Position numbers and translations under genes: made by a program
Notes under the pieces: generated by a model
The model's input: the letters and a program-made list of their open reading frames with translations, nothing else
Database searches by the model: none
Told to the model about the DNA's origin: nothing
In this document: in pieces, positions 42,108 through 52,312 of the stretch
Position numbering within the stretch: position 1 is the stretch's first letter
Layout of the letters: the number at the start of each line of letters is the position of its first letter
Assembly: GCA_963781035.1 (NCBI GenBank)
Contig: CAWAEN010000015.1
Location: 166,943-230,942 of the forward strand
From: an uncultured Acidimicrobiia bacterium
GTDB lineage: Bacteria > Actinomycetota > Acidimicrobiia > Acidimicrobiales > SZUA-35
Reading direction: 5' to 3'
Length of the DNA: 64,000 nt

Positions 42108-44646
42108 TCACTCGGTCTCGGCGAGCTCCGGGGTCGACGGAGGCTGGAAGCCCTCGTGGGCCGTGAAGGTCGAGCTGGCGCTGACCTTCGTCGTCGGTGC
42201 CGACGTCGACGACGATGATCTCGCCGGCGCGGAACTCCTTGTAGAGGAGCTTCTCCGACAGCGGGTCCTCGACCAGACGCTGGATCGCACGACGCAGCGG
42301 ACGAGCACCCAGCGTCGGGTCGTAGCCCTCGTCGGCCAGGTGGTGCTTGGCGTCGTCGGTGAGCTCGAGGCCGATGCCCTGGCCCTCGAGCTGCTCGACG
42401 GTGCGCTTGATCAGCAGGTCGACGATCTCGGTGACCTCGGCCTTGCTCAGCTCGTGGAAGACGATGGTCTCGTCGATGCGGTTGAGGAACTCGGGCCGGA
42501 AGTGCGCCTTCAGCGCGTCGTTGACCTTCTCCTTCATCCGCTCGTAGGTGACGGCCTCGTCGTTCTTGGCGAAGCCGAGGGTGGCCTTGCGCAGATCGTG
42601 GGTGCCGAGGTTGGAGGTCATGATCAGCACGGTGTTGCGGAAGTCGACCGAACGACCCTGCGAGTCGGTGAGACGACCCTCCTCCAGGATCTGCAGCAGG
42701 GTGTTGAAGACGTCGGGGTGGGCCTTCTCGATCTCGTCGAAGAGCACCACGGAGAACGGCTTGCGCCGAACGGCCTCGGTGAGCTGGCCGCCCTCTTCGT
42801 AGCCGACGTAGCCGGGAGGCGAACCGACGAGGCGGCTGACGGTGTGCTTCTCCATGTACTCGGACATGTCGAGCGTGATCAGGGCCTTCTCGTCGCCGAA
42901 CAGGAACTCGGCGAGCGTCTTGGCCAGCTCGGTCTTGCCGACACCGGACGGGCCGAGGAAGATGAACGAACCCGACGGGCGCTTCGGGTCCTTGAGGCCG
43001 GCCCGGGTGCGACGGATCGCCTGGGAGACGGCCTTGATGGCGTCTTCCTGGCCGATGACCCGCTTGTGGAGCTCGTCCTCCATGCGGAGGAGCTTCTCGG
43101 TCTCCTCCTCGGTGAGCTTGTAGACGGGGATGCCGGTCCAGATCGACAGCACCTCGGCGATCGCCTCCTCGTCGACCTCGTCGAACAGATCGACGCCGGA
43201 GGCCTTGATCTCGGCCTCCATCTCCTCCTTTCGGGCGAGGAGCTCCTTCTCCTTGTCGCGGAGACTGCCGGCCTCTTCGAAGTTCTGGTTCTCGACCGCC
43301 GCCTTCTTCTGGTTGACGACGTCGGCGATCTCGGTCTCGAGCTCCTTGAACTCCGGCGGTGTGCTCATGCGCTTGATGCGCAGGCGGGAGCCGGCCTCGT
43401 CGATGAGGTCGATGGCCTTGTCGGGCAGGTGACGGTCGGCGATGTAGCGATCGGCCAGGTTGGCCGCCGCCACGAGCGCCTGGTCGGTGATGGTGACCCG
43501 GTGGTGGCTCTCGTAGCGATCGCGCAGACCCTTGAGGATCTCGATCGTGTGCTCGACGGTCGGCTCTTCGACCTTCGATCGGCTGGAAGCGACGCTCGAG
43601 TGCAGCGTCCTTCTCGAGGTGCTTGCGGTACTCGTCGAGCGTGGTGGCACCGATGGTCTGGAGCTCACCACGAGCCAGCATCGGCTTGAGGATGCTGGCG
43701 GCGTCGATGGCACCCTCGGCCGCGCCGGCACCGACGAGGGTGTGGATCTCGTCGATGAAGAGGATGATGTCGCCGCGGGTCTTGATCTCCTTGAGCACCT
43801 TCTTGAGGCGCTCCTCGAAATCGCCGCGGTAGCGGGAGCCGGCGACGAGTGCACCGAGGTCGAGCGTGTAGAGCTGCTTGCCCGCTGAGGGTGTCGGGCA
43901 CGTCGTCGGCCGCGATCGTCTGGGCCAGGCCCTCGACGATGGCGGTCTTGCCGACGCCGGGCTCACCGATGAGCACCGGGTTGTTCTTGGTGCGGCGGCT
44001 GAGGACCTGCATGACGCGCTCGGTCTCGCGGCATGCGACCGATGACGGGTCGAGCTTCTTCTCGCGGGCCAGCTGGGTGAGGTTGCGACCGAACTGGTCG
44101 AGCACGAGCGAACCGGACTGCGTCTCGCCGCCGCTGCCGCCCGAGGTGGCGGCGGTCTTGTCGCCGCCGCTCGGGACGAGCTGCCCGCACCACCCTGGCC
44201 GACGGGCCGGAGTAGCCGGAGAGCAGCTGGATGACCTGCTGGCGGACCCGGCTGAGGTCGGCGCCGAGCTTGACCAGCACCTGGGCGGCAACGCCCTCGC
44301 CCTCACGGATCAGGCCGAGCAGGATGTGCTCGGTGCCGATGTAGTTGTGACCGAGCTGCAGCGCTTCACGCAGCGAAAGCTCGAGGACCTTCTTGGCCCG
44401 CGGCGTGAACGGGATGTGGCCGCTGGGCGACGAGCCGCCCTGACCGATGATCTCCTCGACCTGGCTGCGCACGGCCTCGAGGGAGATGACGAGCGACTCG
44501 AGCGCCTTGGCGGCAACGCCCTCGCCCTCGTGGATGAGGCCGAGCAGGATGTGCTCGGTGCCGATGTAGTTGTGGTTGAGGAGGCGCGCTTCTTCCTGGG
44601 CCAGGACGACGACTCGGCGGGCTCGGTCGGTGAAGCGTTCGAACAT
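42108..44646 (-). pseudogene. clpC: ATP-dependent Clp protease ATP-binding subunit ClpC, frame-disrupted (at least 5 shifts)
   Basis: [21 protein letters not shown] (ATG 44646); [16 protein letters not shown]; [26 protein letters not shown]; [21 protein letters not shown]. These lie in four frames. Frames switch near 44190, a compensating pair near 44030, then 43875, 43565 and 42185. Confidence 0.92.
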
Positions 44647-44679
44647 GGGGCTCCTCCCGGATGGGGGATTCGGTTTCGA

Positions 44680-44698
44680 GTCACGCCGGCTGCGTGAC
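44680..44698. promoter_or_regulatory. perfect 19-bp palindrome GTCACGC-CGGCT-GCGTGAC (candidate ClgR-type operator)
   Basis: Contains a CGC-N5-GCG core like reported ClgR operators. Lies 34-52 bp upstream of the clpC ATG. Confidence 0.35.
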
Positions 44699-44828
44699 GT
44701 CGACAGAACAGTGGGAACAAGCCTACAGCGGGTCCTGTTCCCAAAGTCGGCCCGGGCGGTCACGGTCGTGAGGGATTCGTCGAAACCGCGGTTGAGCGGA
44801 CGCGCGGCGCGTGTCCTAGCCTCGTTCC

Positions 44829-45839
44829 GTGGCCACGAACCCACTGTCGCTCCTTCCAACCGCTGCCGCCGACAAGGAACGCGTCGAACGCACCCTTCTG
44901 GATGTGGTCCGGATCGACAACGATCCGTACCTCACCGAGATCTCCTCCCACCTGATCAAGGCCGGTGGCAAGCGACTGCGTCCGCTCTTCGCAATCGCCT
45001 CTGCTGCCGCCTCGATGGAGGACGGCTCATCGGTCCACGACGACATCGTCCGCGGCGGTGTCGCCGTCGAACTCGTCCACATCGGGTCGCTCTACCACGA
45101 CGACGTCATGGACGAGGCCGAGATGCGCCGCCAGGTCATCAGCGTCAACGCCCGGTGGGGCAACCTTCGCGCCATCCTGAGCGGCGACTTCCTGCTCGCC
45201 AAGGCATCCGAGATCGCAGCCGACCTCGGTGTCGAGGTCGCCGGCCTGCTCGCCACGACAATCGGCGATCTCTGCCGGGGCCAGGTCGGCGAGCTCCAGA
45301 CGATGTACGACGTCGACCGATCCGAGGAGCAGTACTTCCCGTCGATCGCCGGCAAGACCGCATCGCTGTACGCCGCGGCGTGTCGGATCGGCGCCATCGT
45401 GAGCGACCAGCCCCGCCGTGACATCGACCGGCTCACCGAGTTCGGGCGGCTGTACGGCATGGCCTTCCAGGTGGTCGACGACATCCTCGACGTGATCGCC
45501 ACCGACGAGCAGCTCGGCAAGCCGGCCGGCAACGACATGATCGAAGGCGTGTACAGCCTCCCTGTGATCCACACACTCGCGTGGTCGGAAGGTGGTCTGC
45601 TGCGCGAGCTCCTCACCGACGGTCTCGCCGTCGCCGAGCGCCACAAGGCGATCGACATCGTCAGACGTGGACCCGGTGTTGCGTCGTCACTGGCAGTAGC
45701 GCAGCGCTTCATCGACGAGGCCAAGCAGGTCCTGGCCGACGTCAGCACCAACGAGGCGGCAACCGCCCTGGCCGGCGCAGCCGACCACTTGTTGACGAGC
45801 ATCCCCTTCGACCGAACCGAGTCCGAGACCCACGCCTGA
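44829..45839 (+). CDS. polyprenyl diphosphate synthase (trans-isoprenyl diphosphate synthase family)
   Basis: First and second Asp-rich motifs ([23 protein letters not shown]). GTG start. Confidence 0.9.
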   Translation: MATNPLSLLPTAAADKERVERTLLDVVRIDNDPYLTEISSHLIKAGGKRLRPLFAIASAAASMEDGSSVHDDIVRGGVAVELVHIGSLYHDDVMDEAEMRRQVISVNARWGNLRAILSGDFLLAKASEIAADLGVEVAGLLATTIGDLCRGQVGELQTMYDVDRSEEQYFPSIAGKTASLYAAACRIGAIVSDQPRRDIDRLTEFGRLYGMAFQVVDDILDVIATDEQLGKPAGNDMIEGVYSLPVIHTLAWSEGGLLRELLTDGLAVAERHKAIDIVRRGPGVASSLAVAQRFIDEAKQVLADVSTNEAATALAGAADHLLTSIPFDRTESETHA

Positions 45840-45920
45840 ACCCGAGGCAATGACCCCCGATTCTGTGGGGCTCAAACCCGAGGTTTGAGCCCCACGAATC
45901 GGGGCTGTCAGCCTCGGGTT
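45838..45920. repeat. palindromic intergenic repeat, copy E (nested 83-bp palindrome)
   Basis: ACCCGAGGC..TGACCCCCGATTCTGTGGGGCTCAAACC-CGA-GGTTTGAGCCCCACGAATCGGGGCTGTCA..GCCTCGGGT. Near-perfect long hairpin. Confidence 0.7.
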
Positions 45921-45940
45921 GGGGGAAGTAGCGTGCGAGA

Positions 45941-47089
45941 ATGGCTGGGATCCTGGGAGCACTCGAGGCACCGAGAATCTCGCCTCCCACCCGGCACTCA
46001 CTGCTGCGCGGTGTCCTCGCCTACCGCGCGATCGTCGGCGTCTGGATGACCGTCGTGTTCGCGTGGGAAATCTGGGAACGCAGCGGAAACGACCCGCTCG
46101 ACGTGAAACCGGACGTCGCCCACCCCGTCAGCGGCGCCGTTCTGATGGCCATCGCCTGGTCGGTCACTGCGGTCATCGGATTGTCCTACGCCCGCTCGGC
46201 CGACTCGGTCCTCTCCCCCGTCCGGATCCTCCCCGAGATAGCGATCGCCGCTGTCCTCCTCGGCGTCGACACCTGGGTCTATGGCTCCCCTCACTCCCAG
46301 GCGCTTCCCACCGTGTGGCCGCTGGCTGTCGTCTTCACCGTCGCCATCGCCGCCGGCACCCGGCCGGCGGTCGTCACCGGCATCGGTCTCGGCCTGGTCC
46401 GCTACGCCGGATGGCTCGTGTTCCCCTACGAGGACACCAGCCGGTGGAGCCTCGCCCGCGTCGCCAGCACCGTCCTCTTCGGTGTCGCCGGGTGGGTCGC
46501 CGGCTACCTGCTCGACTCCCAGGCAGCGGCCGATCGCTCGATCTCCGCATTTCGGGCCCGCGAAGAAGTCGCCCGCACGTTGCACGACGGGGTGCTCCAG
46601 ACCCTGGCCGTGATCCAGCGCCGCAGCGACGACACCGAACTCGTCCACCTCGCGCGAACCCAGGAACTCGAGCTGCGGGACTACCTCTTCGGCGGAGCGG
46701 AAGTCCACGCCGATCTGGCGGCTGCGCTCCGGGCTGCGGCCCGGCGGGCCGAGGAGCGGTACTCCATGCGAGTCGATGTCATCTGCGCCCCCGACCTCCC
46801 CGAAGGCAACGAGCGGGAGATCCACGCGCTGAACGGCGCCGTGACCGAAGCGCTCACCAACGCGGCCAAGCACGGAGCCAGCGAGTCGGCAACCGTCTAC
46901 GCCGAACCCGGCGAGGACACCACGTTCTTCGTCTCGATCAAGGACCGCGGCACCGGCTTCGACCTGCTCGATCACTCGGCCGGTGAAGGCCTCGCCGGTT
47001 CGATCAGAGGCCGCATCGCTGATGCCGGAGGCTCGGTCGAGATCACGTCGAAGCCGGGGAGGGGCACCGAGGTCACGCTGCGTCTCTGA
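45941..47089 (+). CDS. sensor histidine kinase (HisKA_3 / NarL-partner type, MacS-like polytopic N-terminus)
   Basis: Five hydrophobic segments, then the H-box ARTLHDGVLQTLAVI and an HATPase region (NAAKHG...DRGTGF...GGSVEI). Confidence 0.88.
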   Translation: MAGILGALEAPRISPPTRHSLLRGVLAYRAIVGVWMTVVFAWEIWERSGNDPLDVKPDVAHPVSGAVLMAIAWSVTAVIGLSYARSADSVLSPVRILPEIAIAAVLLGVDTWVYGSPHSQALPTVWPLAVVFTVAIAAGTRPAVVTGIGLGLVRYAGWLVFPYEDTSRWSLARVASTVLFGVAGWVAGYLLDSQAAADRSISAFRAREEVARTLHDGVLQTLAVIQRRSDDTELVHLARTQELELRDYLFGGAEVHADLAAALRAAARRAEERYSMRVDVICAPDLPEGNEREIHALNGAVTEALTNAAKHGASESATVYAEPGEDTTFFVSIKDRGTGFDLLDHSAGEGLAGSIRGRIADAGGSVEITSKPGRGTEVTLRL

Positions 47090-47147
47090 ACGGCGCCTCG
47101 AAGCGATGGACCGAACCAGCCCGACCTCCTGTGCGAAACTCGCGGCC

Positions 47148-47780
47148 ATGAGTTTCACCAGCCATGTGACGGTCGTACTCGCTGATGATCACCCGATCTG
47201 GCGATCCGGGGTACGCGCCGACCTCGGCGAGAACTTCCACGTCCTGGCCGAGGCGAGCGACGCCACCGAAACCATCGAGGCCATCACCAAGCACCGACCC
47301 GACCTCGTCGTCTGCGATCTGAACATGCCCAACGGCGGCGGGCTTCGCGTCGCCAAGGAGTGCGGGGAACTCACCAACATCGTGATGCTCACCGTGTCGG
47401 AAGCCGAGCGCGATCTTCTCGACGCCGTGGCGGCCGGAGCCATCGGCTACCTGGTGAAATCCACACCGCCAGGCGAACTCCGGACCGAGCTCTGGAAGGC
47501 TGCACAGGGTGAACCCGTCTTCTCCCCCGCGCTGGCCAGTCTCGTGCTCGGCGAGTTCCGCAAGATGTCGAAGGACCAGGGCCCGACCAACGCCCTGTCC
47601 GAACGCGAGCGCGAGGTCCTCCAGCACGTGGCGAGAGGCCACACGTACAAAGAGATCGGCGAGGAGCTGTTCATCTCACCGAAGACGGTCGAGAACCACG
47701 TCCGCAACATCCTCGGAAAGCTCCATCTCAGTCGGAAACAGGAACTGATCCGCTTCGCCATCGAGCACGGAATCGAGTAG
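47148..47780 (+). CDS. NarL/LuxR-family response regulator
   Basis: Receiver domain (VVLADDHPIWRSG...DLVVCDLNMP) and LuxR HTH (LSEREREVLQHVARGHTYKEIGEELFISPKTVENHV). ATG at 47148. Confidence 0.92.
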   Translation: MSFTSHVTVVLADDHPIWRSGVRADLGENFHVLAEASDATETIEAITKHRPDLVVCDLNMPNGGGLRVAKECGELTNIVMLTVSEAERDLLDAVAAGAIGYLVKSTPPGELRTELWKAAQGEPVFSPALASLVLGEFRKMSKDQGPTNALSEREREVLQHVARGHTYKEIGEELFISPKTVENHVRNILGKLHLSRKQELIRFAIEHGIE

Positions 47781-47946
47781 TTCGACATCCACCTGGACAC
47801 GAGTGGTCGGGCACATCTGCCTGCGCTCGCCAAGTCGATGAACCCACGAATGTGTTGATCGCTGAGGACGTTCACTCTGGGCTGTCCAGCGACGATGAAC
47901 GTACCGTTCCCTGGTGGGCGCAACCGCACAAGGTGACGATGCTGTG

Positions 47947-49861
47947 ATGGACTCGACGGCGCGGGGTGAAACCCCCGTGGCACGGCTGCGTCATGAGGCG
48001 GGCCTGACCGCAGGCCAGACACTCGCGCTGAGTCCCGGACGGTTCCGCTTCGGGCCGCTGCGCTCGAGCCACGGCGGCCTGGTCAGTGGCAACCCGGAGG
48101 TCGTGAGCTTCGAGCTCACCATCCAAGATGACGGATCTGCGCTGCTCACGGCCGGGCGTGAAGCGATCGCCGTCGAGGGAGTGGTCATCGACGGCCCCGT
48201 CGCGCTCGAGGATGGCGACGTCGTCCAGTTGAGCACCGATCACTTCGTCCTCGAGACCGCGGCGAGCACGACTGGTCGACGCCACCGCGAAACGATCGAG
48301 CCGCGTCCGATCCATCCGGTTGCGTCGCCGAGCATGACGATGTGGCTGGCCCTTTTCGGCGCGATCACGCTGATCGGCTGCGGAGCCGGCCTCTTCGACG
48401 GGCGCCTGTTCGGAATCGCACTCCTCGGCCTCGCCGGCATCGTCGGCACGCTCATGGTTCGATCGCGACAACGCCGGCGAGCGTCAGAGGCCCATCGTGT
48501 CGCCGTCGACAACGCCCGGTCGCTCTTCTTCTCCGAGATCGTCGCAGCAAGAAAGAACGCAGCCCAGAAGCTTCGCCTGGCGACCAACACACCGGCCACC
48601 ATCGCCAGTCGGGCCGGCGATCGCTCGAAGTCGCCGTCTCACGGTCAACGCATTCTCGCCACCATCGCCTCTGGCGACCGAGGGTGGGAGCCACCCGTCG
48701 TCGTTCACCGCGACCCCGGATGGAACCACGCTGCGATCGTCGACGAACTCTCGTTTCTGCCCGCCATTCCGTTCAGCGTCGATCTCGACGCGGGCCCGCT
48801 GGCCGTGGTCGGCCCCCGAGCGGCGACCCTGGCCGTTGCTCGTCACCTCATCACGACCGCACTGTGCGTCGAGGGTGGCGGCGCGACCATCAGCACCGAC
48901 CTGCCGACCGACTGGCGTTGGCTGCACGCCGCCGAACGAATCTCGATCCACGTCCTCGACCACGTCAGTGGCGACCTCGGCCCACGAACCGTGGTGCTCG
49001 CCGACTCGATCGAGGCCCTCCATTCGAGGTTCGCAATCGACGTGAACTTCAGCCATGTCATGGTGATCGACGACGACGGCAAAGCCACGATCACGACCGG
49101 TGACGGCGGCGGCGGATCCGGCTTCGTGCCCCACGGCATCACGACTCAACATGCCGACGACGTCCAGCAGCTCCTGGCCGACCCCGCGATCGCGCTCGAC
49201 GCCGAAGGGGACACCGTCGATCCGGTGCGCACCGAACTGCGACTGCTCGGTTGCGCCCACCGTCGACCGGTCGGCCATGCTCGATCTCGACGTCTTCGAC
49301 ACCGACCGCCTGCTCGTGACCGGCACCAACCGCTCGAAGAATCGGAATGTTCTCGCCACCGCCGCGCTTCAGCAGGCCGGCATACATCCCGGCCGTGCCC
49401 TCTTCGTCCTCGATCGCGGCGACCGGTCCTTGATCCGGTTGGCACAGCTCGAATCATGCGCCCGCTACGTGACCATCGACCAGGTCGACGGGGTCGATCA
49501 GCTGATCTGGGATCTCGCCGCGGCCACCGCCGATCCCGACTCCGAACCCGGCCTTCTGCTTGCCCCCGACCTCTGGAGCACGATCGCCTTCTACCGGGCG
49601 ACCGGCCACGAACATCTCGCCGACCGCATCGACGCCGTGGTCGCCAAGATGCAACGAGTCCCGCTCGCGGTCTCATCGACGACGCCGGCCGAAGCCCCGA
49701 CGGCCTCATTCCTGGTGTGGATCGAAACCACCGACGATCTTGCCGAGGTCAGACAACCCGGCGGAAGCGGTGTGCTCGACATCCGATACCTTCCCGGAAT
49801 CGACCTCACAGGCTCTGTTGCTCGCCTCAAGAACACCCCAACGCAGGAGATTCGACGATGA
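47947..49861 (+). pseudogene. FHA-like domain / 2-TM / double degenerate FtsK-SpoIIIE (EssC/EccC-like) domain protein, one frame disruption
   Basis: N-terminal FHA-like fold (GRFRFGP...VVSFELTIQDDGSALLTAG...LEDGDVVQLSTDHFVLE). Two TM helices (WLALFGAITLIGCGAGLF, IALLGLAGIVGTLMV). Two P-loop-like positions lack GKS/T (AVVGPRAATLAVARHL; LLVTGTNRSKNRNVLATAAL). Switches from frame 47914.. to frame 49100..49861 near 49255. Confidence 0.55.
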
Positions 49862-50778
49862 CCGAGACCACCTGGGCCGGCCGATCGGCCACACCGCCTC
49901 GCCCCGAAGACGACGATCGACGCTCGAGGTGGCTGCCGGTTGCCGGGGTCGTCGCACTGCTCGGTCTCATCGGCGGAGGCGGCTACCTACTCGGGAGCAT
50001 CGGCAACGACGACGCAGTCGACGCCCAAGCCGACGCTCCCGCCACCGACACCACGGTCGTCCTCTCCGCGACCTCGGTGCCACTCGACGACGCGGCCACA
50101 ACTGAAGCAGAGCCGTCGACCACGGCTCCGCCGACCACAGCACCGTCCACGACTGCGCCGCCAACCACCGCAGCACCAACCACCGCAGCGCCCACCACTG
50201 CGCCTTCGACGACCGCACCGTCGACCGATGAGGCCGAGGTCGTGGTCACCGTCGCCGACGGTGAGACCCGCGGTGCGGTTCTCCGTGGCGGCGTGCTCTA
50301 TCTCGGAGGTGCAGTTCCGAATCGAGCCGTCGCCGATCAGATCATCGAGCGGGCAGCCGCCGTCGTCGGCGAGGACAGGATCGTCGACCAGTACGTGGTC
50401 GATCCCGATGCCCCCGTTCCCGCAGGCGCCCCCCTCTACGTGGACGACGTCGTGTTGTTCGCCTACGGATCACCCACGTTCGATCCGCAGTTCGCCCCCC
50501 TGCTCGACCTCGGACTCCTGCTCCTCAGCCAGAACCCGCAGGTCACGATCACGGTCATCACCCACACAGACGCATCCGGCAGCGAGAGCTACAACCAGGA
50601 GCTTTCGGTCAGACGCGGCCAATCCGTCGCCCAATACTGGATGGATCGGGGCATTCCGATCGCGCAGATCATCATCGACGCCAGAGGCGAACTCGATCCC
50701 ATCGCCAGCAACGACAATGCCGAGGGGGCCCAGATGAACCGACGGGCCGAGTTCTTCGTCGAAGGTCTACTCGGCTGA
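49858..50778 (+). CDS. OmpA-family peptidoglycan-binding protein (TM, Pro/Thr linker, BON-like domain, OmpA_C; ArfA/OmpATb-like architecture)
   Basis: The ATG at 49858 overlaps the upstream TGA (ATGA). TM helix VAGVVALLGLIGGGGYLL. PT-rich linker. C-terminal TDASGSESYNQELSVRRGQSVAQYW...NRRAEF. Confidence 0.85.
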   Translation: MTETTWAGRSATPPRPEDDDRRSRWLPVAGVVALLGLIGGGGYLLGSIGNDDAVDAQADAPATDTTVVLSATSVPLDDAATTEAEPSTTAPPTTAPSTTAPPTTAAPTTAAPTTAPSTTAPSTDEAEVVVTVADGETRGAVLRGGVLYLGGAVPNRAVADQIIERAAAVVGEDRIVDQYVVDPDAPVPAGAPLYVDDVVLFAYGSPTFDPQFAPLLDLGLLLLSQNPQVTITVITHTDASGSESYNQELSVRRGQSVAQYWMDRGIPIAQIIIDARGELDPIASNDNAEGAQMNRRAEFFVEGLLG

Positions 50779-50792
50779 AACGCTGAGCTCCG

Positions 50793-50850
50793 CCCCCCCC
50801 GTTCTGCGGCACTCAACCCGCACTAGTGAGGGCTCAGAGCCGCAAATCGG
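50793..50850. repeat. palindromic intergenic repeat, copy C
   Basis: CCCCCCCCGTTCTGCGGCACTCAACCCGCACTAGTGAGGGCTCAGAGCCGCAAATCGG. Sits at the convergent OmpA/lysS junction and overlaps the lysS stop. Confidence 0.6.
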
Positions 50851-52258
50851 TGGTGGTTTCGGGCCGGAGGGTGGGGAACAGCACCACGTCGCGGATCGTG
50901 TGCACGTTCGCGAGCAACATCACCAATCGGTCGATACCGATCCCGAGACCTCCCGTCGGCGGCAGCCCGTACTCGAGCGCACGCAGGTAGTCCTCGTCGA
51001 CCACCATCGCCTCGTCGTCTCCCGCCGCCTTCCGGCCGGCCTGCTCCTCGAAGCGGAGGCGCTGCTCCACCGGGTCGATCAACTCGCTGAACGCGTTGCA
51101 CAACTCGCGCCCTGCGACGATGCCCTCGAACCGCTCGGTGAACCCGGCCAGCTCGCGGTGGTCGCGCGACAACGGCGACACTTCCTTCGGATAGTCGACC
51201 ACGAACACGGGATCCCAGAGCACGCCCTCGACCATCTTCTCATAGACCTCGAGGACGATCTTGCCCGGTCCGTCGCTGTCCTTGTAGCCGACCTCGAACT
51301 CGTCAGCCGCCGACCGGAGCTCCCCGATCGGCATGTCCAGACGAAGTGCCCGACCGGTGTGCTCCTCGATCAGCTGCAGCATCGACGCCCGGCGCCAGGG
51401 AGCGGCCAGGCTGATCGTGCGATCCCCGTACTGGAGTTCGGTGGTGCCGTGGAGCTCGATCGCCAGGTGTTCCACGAGCTGCTCGACGAGCTCCATGATG
51501 TCGTTGTAGTCGGCGTAGGCCTGATAGAGCTCGAGCATCGAGAACTCAGGATTGTGGCGGGTGCTGATGCCTTCGTTGCGGAACACTCTGGCGATCTCGA
51601 ACACCCGATTCAGTCCGCCGACCGTCAACCGCTTGAGGTAGAGCTCGGGGGCGATGCGGAGGTAGAGGTCGAGATCCAGAGCGTTGTGGTGCGTCGTGAA
51701 CGGCTTGGCCAACGCGCCGCCGGGAATCGGATGAAAGACCGGCGTCTCGACCTCGATGAAGTCGCGCTCCTCCAACCATCGTCTGATCAACGACACCGTC
51801 TTCGACCGCAGAATGAAGGCCTCGCGGCTCTCGGAGGTGACCCACAGGTCGACGTACCGCTGGCGGTACCGAAGGTCGGGATCGGTGATCCCGTGGAACT
51901 TGTCAGGGAACGGCCGCTTGGCCTCGGCCAGGAGCACCCATTCCTGCACCTTCACGCTCAGTTCCCCCTTGCGGGTCTTCATGACCTCGCCGGTGACCCC
52001 GATCCAGTCACCCAGGTTCAAGTCGCAGAAATCATCGAAGTCGGGCGTGACCTTGCTCGGAGCGAACAGCTGCACTCGTACGCCGCTGTCCTGGAGGGTG
52101 CCGAAGGCCAGCTTGCCCTGCACCCGACGCAGCATCAGCCGCCCGGCGATGGTCACCTCGACACCCGTCTCGGTGCCGTCTTCGATCGCGTCGTACTCGG
52201 CCCGCAGTGATGCGGCGCTGGCAGTCGGAGCGAAACGGTGGGGAATGGTGCGAGACAT
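50834..52258 (-). CDS. lysS: lysine--tRNA ligase (class II)
   Basis: 474-aa intact ORF with class II motifs (FIEVETPVFHPIPGGA, FRNEGISTRHNPEFSMLE, GLGIGIDRLVMLL). Confidence 0.95.
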   Translation of the reverse strand: MSRTIPHRFAPTASAASLRAEYDAIEDGTETGVEVTIAGRLMLRRVQGKLAFGTLQDSGVRVQLFAPSKVTPDFDDFCDLNLGDWIGVTGEVMKTRKGELSVKVQEWVLLAEAKRPFPDKFHGITDPDLRYRQRYVDLWVTSESREAFILRSKTVSLIRRWLEERDFIEVETPVFHPIPGGALAKPFTTHHNALDLDLYLRIAPELYLKRLTVGGLNRVFEIARVFRNEGISTRHNPEFSMLELYQAYADYNDIMELVEQLVEHLAIELHGTTELQYGDRTISLAAPWRRASMLQLIEEHTGRALRLDMPIGELRSAADEFEVGYKDSDGPGKIVLEVYEKMVEGVLWDPVFVVDYPKEVSPLSRDHRELAGFTERFEGIVAGRELCNAFSELIDPVEQRLRFEEQAGRKAAGDDEAMVVDEDYLRALEYGLPPTGGLGIGIDRLVMLLANVHTIRDVVLFPTLRPETTTDLRL

Positions 52259-52312
52259 GACGGCGTGGGCTGCCTTTGACGAGGGACGATGGGACGAGAG
52301 ACGTGCGGGAAG

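Noticed and set aside
42108-44646. Programmed ribosomal frameshifting or recoding as an explanation for split genes
   Set aside because: The shifts occur in many unrelated genes in both directions, sometimes as compensating pairs a few codons apart. I saw no slippery heptamer or downstream structure at the sites I inspected.
47914-50778. 954-aa ORF as one giant protein
   Set aside because: It is a chimera. Its middle third is Arg/Pro-rich nonsense, while the alternative frame 49100-49861 carries sensible sequence ending in an ATGA junction. The last 306 codons are a separate OmpA-family gene that happens to share the frame.
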